Assembly: GCA_015680685.1 (NCBI GenBank)
Contig: MNCI01001825.1
Span: 1,349,876-1,413,875, forward strand
DNA: 64,000 nt
Reading direction: 5' to 3'
Origin: Gnetum montanum
Taxonomy: Eukaryota > Plantae > Gnetophyta
Below are positions 1 to 13,228 of the stretch, one piece after another. The translations under genes and the position numbers were made by a program. The notes under the pieces were generated by a model. The model had not been told where the DNA came from. It did not search any database and saw only the letters and a program-made list of their open reading frames with translations. How positions within the stretch are numbered: the first letter of the stretch is position 1; every line of letters begins with the position of its first letter.

Positions 1-1583
1 AGCTACAAGTCTTTCACCATGGCTGGAACCATGTAATTGTGACTAGCCCCATTATCAATGAAGGCACCTAGCTGACTTGAGTTCACAGTGATTAGGGCAA
101 ATTGAACCTGATGTAGAGTATCAGGATTAGGGTTCTGGGAGTTTCCAGCTCCTGACCTCTATGTAACCATGTCTGATAACTCCATCATCACTACTAGCCT
201 TTGTTGTTCCCCTGATGTGCTTCCATCAGTAATATGAAGGCATGGGTCAGGGTGATAATCAAGTGCCATCAATTGTTTCCCAGAAGTTGACCCTTACCTA
301 TTCTCAGTCGTTCCTAAACTCAAGGGACAAATTCTTACCAAATGATTTTCATGACACAAGAAGCACTGAATTGGCCCCTTAAAGGTGCCTCCCATAAACT
401 ACTTCTTCTTGGCCCCAGGTTGCCACTTGCTTCCTGTATCCTTGCATTTTTGTTTAGAGCCTTGGTTCCCTAGAGGACCATCCATTGGGCAACTACCTTG
501 CTGAACTAATCTAAAGGTATTTCCAACTTTGATGGATCATGTATCTGTTCTCTAAGAGTGGGAGGACATGACATGCTTACCCTTCCCAAGCTTGCCCTTA
601 TTTGGCTTCATTGCCTTGAAGTCCAGAAAAGTGCTAGCAGCCACAATAGCCTCTGTGAGGGAGTCAATGCCTCTTTGACGCAACTCCATCTCGAAACGAT
701 CCTGATCTCCCATATCGAGAATCAACAACAGGAGTTCTTGGAAGCTATTAATATAATCTTCAAGCTTCCCTAAATGTTTTAAGGTCTCTAGCTTGGTTCT
801 AGCGACCCATTCAGAGTTCCCAGGATGGAACTATTTGATCAATGCAGCCTTAAAGTTGTCCCATGTCTCAATCTTTTCTATTGTGGTGCCCTTTTCTTGG
901 GCACGAAGGAGACTAAGCCATCATAGCTTAGCACTTCCTATGAGAAATTGTGATGCTATGAAGACCTTTTGGGTTGCAGGAACACCCCTGGTATTTAGGT
1001 ACATCTCTACATCATGGAGGAAGGCATCAATTTTAGCATCATTTCTCTCACCATCATAAGAACTCGATTCTCTAGCTTTGATACGGGTTGTCGCTACTAG
1101 CTCATCTACCAAGAGTCCTGCTAAGGAGGATTTCAGGATGGCATTTTCAATTTTCAAATCAGATAGTTCCTGATTTACCCCCACTAGGGCATCCTCCAGA
1201 ACTTTCACCCAACCAACTAGGTCCTCAACCAAGGATGCTTTTGTTTGTGCCTCTTCCAAGGATCCAAATAGATCCTTGTAGAGGTTGATCATGTGATCCA
1301 AAAGACCTTTCAAGATCGAAACCTTAGCCTCTACCAATTTCACCCTATCCTTGGAGTGAAGGTTCATCTTTTCTTGTGGCAAGTCAACATCTTTAAGAAT
1401 GTGATGGATCGCATCCACGTTTTCTGGACCAAGATAGGCTAAGGCCTCATCAATTGCCTTGACATGATCCCATAATGTTTGAAACCTAGTCTCATCTTGA
1501 CCATGTTCTATCTCGGCCTTAATTTTTGGATTTTCTTGAACATCAGCCATGTTACTCAGTCCACCAAGCTCCATGTTTGCCAA
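1..1583 (-). pseudogene. gag: gag-protease of Galadriel-like element
   Basis: ORF 921-1583 ends ...SSYDGERNDAKIDAFLHDVEMYL...SQFLIGSAKL*W, the retrotransposon gag core. A zinc knuckle CFLCHENHLVRICP lies near 325-375 and a protease motif AFIDNG..SHNY near 35-70. Stops and frameshifts are present. Confidence 0.8.
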
Positions 1584-1714
1584 AGAGAGAGCTTTAGCAC
1601 AAGGCCACCCTCAAAGGGAGATTGGTTAGCAGAAGTTGAAAATGGAAACCTCAAAAACCACAAACCCTCACACCCACTTAGTGAGAAAGTTTTACCAATA
1701 ACTAAAACTATGAG

Positions 1715-1726
1715 GCACTGATACCA
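1715..1726 (-). promoter_or_regulatory. Primer binding site (tRNA-iMet)
   Basis: Reverse complement TGGTATCAGTGC, 1 mismatch to TGGTATCAGAGC, 2 nt from the LTR end. Confidence 0.85.
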
Positions 1727-1728
1727 TC

Positions 1729-2292
1729 TGTAACAACGTTTTCCCTGAGCACGTTGGTTGGCACCCTAAGAGTTTTCCTAGGAAATTTTGAATCGAGACA
1801 AAACTCAACATGAATACACCTCAGCAATCAACAATCCTGAAACACATGCCAACAAACAATGTGTTAGTGTTAGCATATCTCCTGAGTGGTGTTTCATAAA
1901 CAATATTCGTGATATGCTAACAAGGTAGATAGCACTCCCTTACTTCACTCACATGGACACCATGGGGACTACAAGTTGAATCCTCAAGATTCATCACTGT
2001 GTGCTAGTAGTTGGTGTCATGCTCCAAGTAGCGCATGCAACATCCCATTGCATGTCCCATGACACACCTGGTAAAAACACCCCAACGTAGAGTTGAACTA
2101 TGTAACCCTCCCAGGCAAGGTCCTACCGAGTGGGGTAATGAGGTAGGTCATAGCCTCCTCTTACTAATGCATGGAACTGCCATGGCAGTATGGTTCCAAA
2201 GACATAAGAAGCGGAGGACCCCTTATGCCCCCATGGCCCTTGAACCGTGGGGGAGGTAGCAAGCCACCACCAACCCTGCTACCTTTCTCACA
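1729..2292 (-). repeat. 5' LTR of Galadriel-like element (~564 bp)
   Basis: TG...CA termini, adjacent PBS, and a composition shift at 2292/2293. The partner LTR is outside the window. Confidence 0.7.
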
Positions 2293-3180
2293 GTTTATGA
2301 CTTCAAAAGCTACTTGAAAGATTATATATCAAATCTAATTAAACACTTGGTTGGGACATAGAATATCCATTACATTAGATTTTATGTCATTGATGAAGTG
2401 CTATTAATGTCATAAAAAAGAAATGTAAGGGGAAAATTCTATTCTAATCCAATTAATTTATGGACAAGGAAGGATAATCAACCATATCTTCTTGTCAATG
2501 CTATCCCATTTAAGTATAGATGAAAGAGAAATAGAAAATATTATAGAGAGCATTTAGAGCTATATTACATTCTAGGATGATGAGATTAGAAGAAATCTCC
2601 AAAAAGGGGATAGAATAATATGGGAAAAAGGAATTGGACATTGGCAAAGGATTACCCAATAACTTGGTGATTTAAAAAATAAACAAGAGTTTTCTTTAAA
2701 TTTCAATTTGAGATTCTAGTTGAGAACAAAGAAAGATGTCTGTGAAACATGCATAGTGGATAAAAATACATAATATCATTGAAGATAAATTAGGGTATGT
2801 TGGACACTAGAAAAATAAGCTAAAGGCATCTTTAAATCCATTTACAAATATTCATGTAGGGATGATGCTTCTTGTACATCCTAGAAATGATGAAGATATT
2901 ATATGGGTTGGAAAATATATGAACTTAGAAGTTAGAAAAGATGGTAGAAAGATAAAAAAAATGTGCATGTTGAATGGTATAAGTAATAGGAAATTTCAAA
3001 AAAATAATTTCTTAAAATAACTTGGCATGTAAATCCTATAGATCTAGGATAGAAATCTCTAAATCCAAATAACATTGTATATGATTGGATATCAATGTTA
3101 AAAGGCACAAACAACATTAAGATAAATAAAAAGACTAGAGATGCAATAGGCTATATACTCAAGAAAATTTTAGATGGTAG
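2293..3180 (+). pseudogene. C-terminal remnant of a probable DNA-transposon transposase (DUF7869/Sola-like)
   Basis: Hand translation gives VYDFKSYLKDYISNLIKHLVGT*NIHYIRFYVIDEVLLMS*K ... GYVGH*KNKLKASLNPFTNIHVGMMLLVHPRNDEDIIWVGKY ... VHVEWYK ... WHVNPIDL..NNIVYDW. This resembles the recalled C-terminal half of plant DUF7869 proteins. No search was run. Confidence 0.5.
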
Positions 3181-3803
3181 AAATCATTAAAGTAAGCAAA
3201 ATGGAACATTACATTCTATTTGAGAGTTTGCTATATTATTGGAAAGATTATACAAATGAATGTTAGTCATAGAAATTGCTACCATATCTCCATATAATTG
3301 TAAATTTTTATGAAGAATTTATATTTCATCAATGTCCATAATCAAATTCTAAATGAGATTTATTAGAATATGGAATCCATTATATTTCTAGCAGGAGTCA
3401 TAAACATGCTATTTTTATTCCTATAGATTAAAATTTTATAATAAATTAATGAAAGAAATAAATTTTCATTAAAAAAATATTATTTTAATTGATTAAATAT
3501 AAATTTTTATAATGCAATTTAATAAAAGTACAAATTTTTGAGGATACACATCTTAAATTTTCCAAAATTAATAGCAAGTTCTAGATTTAATGAAAAATAT
3601 GCTAAAAGATAAAATTGGAGATAAGGAAAATCATTAGAGTAAATGAAAGCTATTGCAAGAATGCATACTTAAGGAAATATTTTGTTATGATTTAAAACAT
3701 AAATTCTTACTTTCAAATACTCTTGAAGGTTAAATTAGCCATGAATACCATGAATCACATGCACACATATAAAATTTTAATATTATCTTCTCTAATAGAA
3801 AAT

Positions 3804-3977
3804 TGTTGGCCTTTGGTATGTCAAAACCTTAAGGAAAAAGGAGAATATAGAATGTTTGTTGTGAATGATAATTTTGTAGGACACAAACAAGAACTCCACA
3901 TGAGAACTCAAGAAGATAAGGTCTACAATGAGATGAAAAAAGTGAATAATACATGAACAATATGAGAGCATTAATGA
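3804..3977 (+). repeat. SIRE 5' LTR, left fragment
   Basis: TGTTGGCCTTTGGTATGTCAAAACCTTAAG... aligns with the start of the 3' LTR at 39606 (TGTTAACCTTTTGGTATGTCAAAACCTTAAG...). Confidence 0.9.
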
Positions 3978-6900
3978 GAGAGGATAGTGTGACCAAGAAA
4001 TGATTGGACACCTTTAGCTATTTCTAGTTGATGGGTTATTCCTGGCATAACCCTTATCTTTTTAGGGTCTACCTTGATCCCTTCTTGTGAGATTTTGTGC
4101 CCGAAGAGTATGCCCTCTTGGATTATTAGATGGCTCTTTTGCCAATTAAGCCATAGGTGTGTCTCCACACATATTTATAATACTTGTTCAAGGCAGTCCA
4201 AGGCTTGCTCGAGTGTAACATCATAAGTAGAAAAGTAATCCATGAAAACTTCCATCCCACTATCAATTTGCTAATGAAAGATGCTCAAGACAAAATGTTA
4301 TGTGGTAGGAGCATCGCATAGACCAAAAGGCATCTTTCAATATGCAAAAGTTTCCCAGGGACTTGTGAATGTAGTTTTGGCTTGATCCATTGATGCAATT
4401 TGAATTTGATTGTAAACACTATAATCATCCAGAAAGCTATTATAGCAATGTCTAGAAATGGTGTCCAACACTTGATTAAAAAATGGCAATGCAAAATGAT
4501 CTTTGAATGCTACCATGTTCAATAGCCTAGAATCAATACAAACTTACCACTTGCCATATTTCTTTAGCACAATCATGAGTGGGCTGAACCACTCACTATC
4601 TACAATAGGATGGATGAACCTTGCCTTGAGGAGTTGTTCTATCACCTCCTTGATGATTTTCTTTAATTTGGGGTTCAATTTCCATTGTGGCTACTTCCAT
4701 GGCTTCATGGCCAGATCAGTATAGATACAGTGCTAGCATATTTTTGGATCAATCCTAGAGAGTTTAGGATATGACCAAGCAAAGGCTATTGGCCATCTAT
4801 TAACCACTTTAAATAGTTTCTATTTTTGTTTAGGTGCAAGTTTAGCATTAATTATAGTCAATTTCCATTTTTCAGAAATGCATATTCCAAGTCGGTAGTT
4901 GGAGTTTTTAACTCTATGGGATCTTTTTAAAATTTTTAGGGATTTCCAACTCTCCCTAATAGGTATAATCATTTTCATTATTAGAGATTTGGTGATGAAC
5001 TTGCTCTAGTTTATCCATGACTATGACATAGATATATGTTAAGCTCTTAGTTGATTTCATGCAAATTTGTGATGCTCTCAAAATTAGCTATCAACCACTG
5101 GGTGCCCTCATGTTTTGTGGTTGCTACGTACAGGCACCTTTTAGTATTTTTGTCATTTTCATACTACCTGCATGTAGAAATGAATGCTCTTTTAATAGAC
5201 CAAAATTTTTGTACATAGTTTCACCTTGTATCATTGTATGCAATGCATGAAACTCGTTTCTTCTCGATCTTTTTGAATTCATTTTCCTTAGAAATTTCTA
5301 GGGAAAGATCTCTGATGTCAATTCTCTCATCAATAATACTTAGCCATGCCCTTCCCATAATGATTGGAAAATCCCCCTTACAGTTCTTAACTTTGATCAC
5401 TAAGAAATTGACAGGATAAGACCACCCACAAATAGTGGTCAAAATATCTTCTACCATTCCTAATGGACTAATGATAGAATTTTCTACCAATTCTAATATG
5501 ATATTGCTCTTTTTAGAGGTGGTAGGATCTAGGTAGTATACATCTCATGGAAAATCAAATTAACATTAGAACCTGAATCTAAAAGAGATTTGCATGGGTC
5601 ATTCCTAGTAATTTGCACATAGATAAGGGGACTTTTGGGATTGGTTAATTTCCTGGGAATGTTCCCAACTTGGATCTAGTCAAATACATCATGAGTTAAC
5701 ATAACCATCTAGATCTTGGGAGGCATTTGGTTTGAAGGGTTATTGATTTGATGATTTGCAGAGGATGAGGAAATAGTGGGATGACTAGTCGCATGAGTTT
5801 GTGAGGGCTTAGAAGGGCTATTAGGTTAGAAGGATGGTTTTTTGCAAGATGTAGATTCCAAACTACTTAGTTGATTAACCATTTGTCACTTAATAGACCT
5901 TGTAGCATTAAGTTGTTGTAGCTAAGTTGGAAGCTTACCTTGCATAGATGGAGCTGGTAGTAGCTGTGTTGAGGGTGGAGTAATAGATGTAGGAACATGA
6001 GGAGGGTATGGATGGAATATGGGCTCTCCCCTAGAATATGGAGAATGAGTTTGATGATATTCAAGAGGGTGGTAGTGATGTTGGAAAGGAGAAACATGAT
6101 TGGAAGAGTCACATATAGACAAGGGTTGTTGAACATAATACCCACATGGATCTAGCTACCTGTAAGGGTACTGTTGCCATGGTGGTGGAATCTCCCATGA
6201 CTATGGTTGCTCCCACTACTGATACTACTTATATGATTGTGGTGGAGTTCACTTGGATAATAATAAAAATTTTTTTGGTTGAACTGCTTCAAATTGCCTT
6301 GAGGATAAGGCAATCTTCTAGGTGTTTACCTTTCTGATAGTCATGGATTAAGACCATACACCCTAGATATCTACAAGTGTGTCACAATAGGACAACATCT
6401 ATTAGGGTGTTCATAGTGGTAGATGTCATACCCACCATCATCATCTGATTCAGTCTTCACAACTTCTTCTACTAAAGTAGCTTTGTACTTGCCCCTTTGG
6501 CAGGCACATTCAGCTTCTTTCTAGCTCCTATAGTCATGATCACTACTTTACTTTCTTGATTCTTCTATAATTTTTAGAGAAATTTGGAATTTTTCATCTA
6601 ATGAATCCTACATTTTATCTACCTTCGCCAAAATTTCAGACATAGAATTTTAAATCAGCAAGGTCTTTCATTCTACCACCTCATCAAGAGATAACTCCTC
6701 CTCACTGTCACAAAAGCAGACCTCCTTCTTTTTGATGGAAAGATCCCTATTATATTCTTCTACACTTTCACATTTTCTCAACTCCTTTTTCTTTTGCTTC
6801 CTACTCAATTAGCTTTTGTATCTAATGGGCTCTTAATTCCAACAATCTTCCTTGGGCATAGACTAGTACCAGCTTTCTGCATCCTTGATGAGTGTTTCAA

Positions 6901-8568
6901 GGAACAACTTGAGCTTTTGCCAATCATTTTCAATACTTTTTAAGGCATAGGCATCATGAAAGGCTTGCAGATGTGTTTAAGGATTTGAGTTATATGCCCC
7001 CTCAAATCTGGCAATATTGTTCATGTTTAACCTCTTGATTCAACTATCTTTCACATGCCTAGTAGGAATTGTGATAGGCTCTACGATGTTGATCATATTT
7101 TGAGTGGTTAACAGAGGTTCATTTTCATGATCTTGATGAAATCTATGATCTCCTTTTCCATCCCTTCATTGATGGCAGTCTATGTGATTATCATTGTTGT
7201 CCTGATGCTTACGATTCTTTTCAGATTTTTAGAGGAAGTTGATCTGGATGAAGAGGATGAATAGGAAGGAGCATTGCTACCATGGTGGTGTCTACCATTG
7301 CCTCTCCATTTGTCATAACCATGATCCTTAGAGTAATCATTATTGTGCTTATCTAAGTTCTTGCTTTAACTCCCTTTGTTAGAGCTCCCATGACCATGGA
7401 ACTCACTATTACTAGAACCTAAATTGTTGATTACTGATTTAGAATTTTGGTTTGGCTTCCCTTCACTAGACTCAAGAGGTGGAGAGTTTGCATATTGAGA
7501 ACCCTTAGAAAGAGGTTCCTCATCATCCTTTTGATTTAGCAGGAACAAGGTGTTAGTGAACTATTTCTCCTTCATGGCATGGTCGTGCTTTTCTTTTTAT
7601 TGATCTTGTTTGTGTTGTGTCTTAGTGGAACGGTAGTCTTGGAAGTCATGATCTTCCATAACATATTCTTCATGAATCTTCTCGATGCCTAACCTTGTGA
7701 GAGTTTGGAGCAGCATCTTGGGAATAGATTTGTTAAGTGGAAATACAACATTCCCCTCCATGTCTCACCACCACATTTGTTCATCCTGATGGAAGTGGTA
7801 AGTGAAATTGGGTACAAACTCATCAAGATGAGTATACACCACTTTGGATTCTTGTAGTACATTTGACTTAGAATTGTCTTGCCCATGAGATGAAGAAGAC
7901 AAGTTTGTTAGAAATGGTTTGTGAGTGTGCTTGTAGTATAGTTTTGATTAATTGTTATGATTTAACTTTGTCAAGTTTGTTTTAATGATGTTGAGTAATT
8001 TTCACTAGTCTTAGATTGATAACACATGGTACTAGCTAAGATTCCCTAGTAGTGATTTCAATGATGAGTGGTGAGGTAACCCTATGCCCAACCATACGAA
8101 TCACGAAGGCATTCACACACGATCCAGTTAAATTTTGTGGATTCCTAATGTTCTTGTACATAGAATTCAATTTAGAAGGTGAATTTAATCATGGAATGAT
8201 TGTTGTCTTCCTAACTACATTTAATTAATTAATCACTTAATTAATAAAAAGCTCATCTTTATTACCACACACAATGCAGTGCTCAGGTGCAACAGTGCTC
8301 GAATAAAGATCTGTACACTCTTTGATTCCTGCTATAGGCACTTAGAAAATTATTCTATCTCTTATGAAAACAAACTACAAGAGTTCTGCTAGCAACTAAA
8401 AATCCAACTCCCCCATTAACATGGCTAGGGTATCATATTTTTAGACCTACTAGGGTGCCATGTCGATGTGTACATGTCAAGATGGGAAACCCTACGTTGA
8501 TGGGATCCTATTGTTGGGATCGTGCTGACAACATCCCATTGATGCAATTGACCGAAGATGCTTCATCA
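3978..8568 (-). mobile_element. Athila-like Ty3/gypsy fragment (5' LTR, gag, protease, RT), truncated within RT
   Basis: Minus-strand RT motifs (KDHFALPFFNQVLD, FTSPWETFAY, MPFGL, GILFGHKISQEGIKVDPKK, GVQSFLGH) lie at ~3980-4800, protease LLDSGSNVNLI near 5560-5590, and gag at ~6340-7150. LTR at 8062-8568 with a heavily decayed Asp-type PBS at ~8043-8060. Confidence 0.85.
8062..8568 (-). repeat. Athila-like 5' LTR (~507 bp)
   Basis: Plus-strand termini TGATGAG...TTCATCA. Homologous to 44412-45259 and to ~56640-57027. Confidence 0.8.
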
Positions 8569-9110
8569 ATTGTGACTAAGAGAGATGTTGTACTACCACA
8601 AATTAAGATATTCTTTGATGTGGAGTAGTTCTTTGAGTACCTCCACTAGGTATCTCTTATGCATCTTCATGGGATAGTTTATCACTTGATGAGGTTTTTT
8701 TCTACAACTTGGAGGCCATTCTTAATACAAGGTTTCAAAACTTTGTGCTAGGCATAAAATTACTAATACAATCAAGAGAGTTACTAAAGTGCTTGCTATG
8801 CACATATGAGGACTTTGCAAATTCCTAACGACTGCACTTGCTTTGGGAGATCTAGTGAACAAGCCTCATCTAATTAATCTTTTGTATGGCTATGACTTGG
8901 TTCCATAATATGAAGAAACAAAACCTACAACTAAAGTTCACATTGGTAGCTCACACTCATATGATGAATTTTATGCCTAAAAATGACCATTATGATGAGC
9001 TAATAATAGCTATTTTGATTTTAATGTATTGCATGGATATTAAGAAATAGCTTCATGGTCCAAAGTATTTCTTTCAAAATTTGGTTAGTTGTGTGACTAA
9101 ACATGGTTAA
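8569..9110 (+). pseudogene. Remnant of an env-like / plant transposon protein ORF from another retroelement
   Basis: Translated pieces IVYHLMRFF.YNLE..TRFQNFVLGIKL and MMNFMPKNDHYDELIIAILILMYCMD resemble the VYP.LVR.FY.N / NLLPK.GH motifs of LTR-retrotransposon extra ORFs. Confidence 0.45.
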
Positions 9111-9991
9111 TGAAGGCTAAAAATCAGACAAAGATGCTCCAAGAACTAACAAGAAGGAAAATTAATAGAAAAAATCCTTAAAAGATAAGGCTCAAAAGTT
9201 AAGAAAATGTCTCCTAAAAATAGTAGAGCTCTCTATTCTAGAGTAGAAATTCCCCTAAAGACATCCCATAGAAGATGTTCCATTTTTTTGTGAGATGTCT
9301 CTTCTAACTTGAGGCCAATCTGACGTAGACATCCCAACTTTGAAGAATATGTCTACACTAGTTGTTTGGTAGCTATTGCACAAATTCTGAGGAGTTTCTA
9401 GAAACTCCTAGGCTATAAGAAGATACCAAAATTTTTGGGAACTATGTAGGTACTATTTACACAAGATTAATCATTGTCTAATCTATATTATTATATTCTT
9501 GTTCTTCATTGTAACGTCATTTTCTGGGTGAAGTAGTTGTAAATTTAGTTATATTCTATCCTTGTGTCCTCTTTTTTTGTGTAGCCCTGTTGGGTTGATG
9601 TGCTTCTCATGAGAAGGCATCCACATTGAGCTTGTTGGAATCTTGTAGGATTGAGTGATTTTATAGCATCAAAACACTCTAGAGTAGAGCTCAATTTTGT
9701 AAAGGTTGTGGGATCCTTGAAACCACATTCTAAGATTTTTGGGATCTTTCATCATTGACTAGTTTCATAGTGACAAAACACTCCTGTGTGAAGCTCAGAG
9801 CTTGTATAGGATGTGGTTTCCTTCAAATCATATTTTATTGAGAAAAAAAATCTAGAGGTGTGCATGGATTCTACCCTCCAAGTGTGGACATATCCAACTT
9901 GGGAAACCACATAAAATTTGCTATTTTTGTGTGTCAAGTGCAATTTCAAATGAGAACTTATTCAACCCCCCTTCTAAGTGCTTGATCCTCA
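9107..9991 (+). repeat. SIRE 5' LTR, right fragment
   Basis: Aligns with ~39803-40680. Contains repeated GAGAYRTCTC motifs and a ~100-bp internal tandem duplication in U5. Ends GATCCTCA. Confidence 0.9.
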
Positions 9992-9993
9992 AG

Positions 9994-10005
9994 TGGTATC
10001 AAAGC
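9994..10005 (+). promoter_or_regulatory. Primer binding site (tRNA-iMet) of SIRE element
   Basis: TGGTATCAAAGC, 2 nt after the LTR end. Confidence 0.9.
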
Positions 10006-10046
10006 TTAGTACTCTTACATTCAACTTCAACATTCAAGAGTGAACT

Positions 10047-11670
10047 ATGGAGGGAACATCCTACATAAAGCCACCAATGTTCAATGGGTTCAATATTTCT
10101 TATTGGAAGACAAGGATTCAAGGCTTCTTCAAGTCAATGAAATTTGAGATATGGGAGTCCATCCTTGCTGGTTACACACTGCCTATTGATAGTGCATCAA
10201 AAGCCCTCAAGTCAAAGAGCAAGTGGATAGTAGAAGAAAGAGATAAGTTCATGTACGATTATAAAGCAAAGAATTAATTATATTGTACACTAAATAAGTT
10301 TGAATTTAATATAGTATCTAGATGTAGAATAGCTAAAGAAATTTGGAAAACATTAGAAGCTACCTATGAGGGCACATCCATAGTCAAACAATCAAAACTT
10401 TTGATATTGCAAAGTGAATACAACCAACTTAAAATGATGGAAGTTAAAAAGGATAAAAATTATTTTTCTAGGACAAATGATCTAGTTGTAGTAATTAGGG
10501 GTACATGCAGGAACTTGCCTAAAAGTGATTAAATCATTCAAATGATTAGAACACTGTAACCTAAATTTAGACCTAAGTTTACAACTATGGAAGAAATTAG
10601 AGATTTTTTCATCTTAAAATTTTAAGGGCTCCAAAGTGTTGTTATTGCTTATGAAATGAACCTCATAAGTGAAGGAGCCATAAAAGAAAAGTCCATTGCC
10701 TTGAAATCAGCATTAAAAGAAAAGGAACCAAGTGAACAAGAATTGAATAGTAAAGAAGAAATAGCTCTTCTATCAAGAAGCATTCAAAGGCTTCTAGCAA
10801 GAAAAGGAAGAAGTCTCAATCAACTAGGACCTAACTAATCCAAATCCAAAGGTAAGGATAGAGGTAAGAAGTTTTCAAATTCAAATTTTGATGCTTCTTT
10901 AATAGAATGTTGGTTATGTGGTGGAAGAGACCATGTGGCCTTTGAATTTCCTATCAATGGTTGGTTATAAAGAAAGGATAAAATTGATGTGGACATGAAA
11001 CGGGCTAATTTCTACACAAGCTAGGATGATGAAAAGCAAAGTGAAGAAGATGTGGATGACACTTCAAAAGACTTACATCTCATCTGTATGGCTATGAGAT
11101 AATGATATTAGCTTGTGAGGTGATGATCAAATGGAAAGTAAAGAAGGAATTAAAGAACAAGGATCAAGATATCTCTTTATTAAATATGAGAATTTTAAAT
11201 CTCACAAAATAAATCTCAAACCTAGGGCTAAGAATAAAAAATCAACCATGCCTTATGAGTAGATTAAGGAAGAACATACAAATTCTAAACTTCTAAATGA
11301 AAGATTGGTCAAAAGAAAAGAATCACTTGGAATATTTCTTGGGCAAGGAATAAGTCCAAATGATAAAAGAGGGCTAGGTTTCCATCAACAAGAAAAAGCA
11401 TTCCCACAAGATGTATCTAAACAAGAGGCCCCTTCAAAGATTGAGGTAACTATTAACACTCCATTTAATGAAAGAAAAACTTCAAGGTTTAATAACTTTA
11501 ATTTTAAAACATGGTTAGGAGTTATTATTGTAATATATTTAGGCATAAAAAATGGATTTGTAATTTAAAGCATTATCATATGAACATGTGGACATATCAT
11601 AAAAATCCTTGTTCTTGTCGAAATATATCTAGAAAGGAAAGTATGCAAAATAACAAGAAAATATTGACAA
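10047..11670 (+). pseudogene. gag: copia/SIRE gag, main part
   Basis: MEGTSYIKPPMFNGFNISYWKTRIQGFFKS..., AKEIWKTLEATYEGTSIVKQSK, zinc knuckle CWLCGGRDHVAFEF, DKRGLGF. Interrupted by TatA at 11671. Confidence 0.9.
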
Positions 11671-13205
11671 TGAAACACCACAAAAATTTACATGTTATAG
11701 CTAACTTTCATGATGTAGCTTTCATCCTATAAAACCTGAGATAAAATTTTATTGTAAATGTGAAGATTGTAATCCATAGGGAATAATCTCACATATTCCA
11801 TACTTTTGGGGCTAAAAAATGCCTTATCGGTGGTGAAAGTCCCATTTCCCAAGTGAACAAAGTTACCTAGGGTCTATATTTGGGCTTGGGAAGGTCAAAA
11901 TTACCTTTTGGAATGTCAAAAATGGTAGTTTTATGGGTTTTATGGAGGGCATACATTTTTCTACGCTGGAAACATTTGCAAGGGACAAATCTCACCTACC
12001 CCCAGCATGGAGGGGTGGAGGTTTCACCATTAGCTTGGAAACTTTTCTCCCAATGTCGAGACTAGATGCACAACTTGGAAACTTTTTTCCCTCAGTGTGG
12101 AAGTTTCCCCCTAGCATGGAGGATCCACCCCAGCATGGAAATTGCATGCCCCTAGCATGGCAGCCACAAAAGCCAGATTTCAATACTCAATGCATTCCAA
12201 CATTGACCAACCACTTCAATAAGGATGGAAGAAGGCTCAGCATGGAAGACCTATCTTTAATGTAGAAGGTGTACCCCTATTACTATTTATAGTATATACA
12301 ATGGCCATGGGGGAATGGCACTTACTATATATGGTGAACCCCTAAATTTGGGCACCCATCTCACTTGTAAGAGGTAAAAATTTGTAGCAAAATTACAGCC
12401 AATTTATAGTCATTTTTCTGTCAAATTATAGCCATTTTGCAATATCATTCATTCCTAAAACCTATAAAAACCAGCCTCAAACACCATTTACAAGTTCCAC
12501 TTTTTGGCACTAAAAAACATTGAGCATACATATGTTTTTCAAGTAATAGTTACACACTCTGACACATCCAAGAGCACTTGAAAACCTTTCCATAAACATT
12601 GTTCCTTGGGTATTCCCAACATGGAACCCCTATGGCCTTATGGCTCTATAACCTCGTTTGGGATTTGTGAGTTTTCAAGCTCCAAGCTACACTCCTAGGA
12701 TTTCCAACCCCCAACGTAATGCACTTGGAAAGCTTGCATTCTTCACACTTCTCAATTCCTAGTAATGACCAACATTGCAGATCTAGAGTAGCAGTAAAGG
12801 AAGTTCAATAGCATCAGGAGTAGCAAGACGTCTGGATTGTGGAGCTGAATACATTGGATTCAATGTGTCTTGAACCCCTACTCAAGTGAACCCCTTTGTT
12901 GCCCTCTCAAACACACTTTGTACACAATCTCTTAACTCTCCTCTATTTTATTATTTGTAAAATAAAGTTTATAGTTTTGGTTTATGTTCAAATTAAATTT
13001 GTCATTTATTCTTAGTGCATTTATATTACTTCAATTTGTAATCATACTATTTATCTCATTTTACATTTCATAAGTCATTAAGTGATTTGCCAAACAATTC
13101 AGGGCATCTTGAATCCCATTTTTTTGGATGCACTAGGGATTCAAGGTAAAGGTTGCTACACTGAGACTTTTGATCTTCCAGTGATCAATTTGTCTAGTCA
13201 CAATA
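11671..13205 (+). repeat. TatA 5' LTR (~1535 bp)
   Basis: Direct repeat of 35636-37007. TATA box CCTATAAAAA at 12461. Repeated CCAGCATGGAA-type motifs at 11960-12250. Confidence 0.9.
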
Positions 13206-13212
13206 GTTTTCT

Positions 13213-13228
13213 TGGCACTAAAAGGAGG
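13213..13228 (+). promoter_or_regulatory. Tat-type primer binding site
   Basis: TGGCACTAAAAGGAGG, a decayed form of the Tat PBS TGGCGCTAGAAGGAGG. The same motif follows the LTR at 63847. Confidence 0.7.

Larger units (their letters stand above)
1..2292 (-). mobile_element. Ty3/gypsy chromovirus (Galadriel-like) LTR retrotransposon, 5' part; continues beyond window start
   Basis: On the minus strand: LTR 2292-1729 (TGTGAG...GTTACA), a 2-nt spacer, a Met-type PBS, then gag and protease remnants. GC content drops sharply at 2293. Confidence 0.85.

Noticed and set aside
11880-12265. Short ORFs in LTRs (for example 11933-12265, 2035-2259, 53040-53354, 63061-63249)
   Set aside because: They lie within LTR motif arrays, show no protein motifs, and are not preserved in the partner LTR where one exists.
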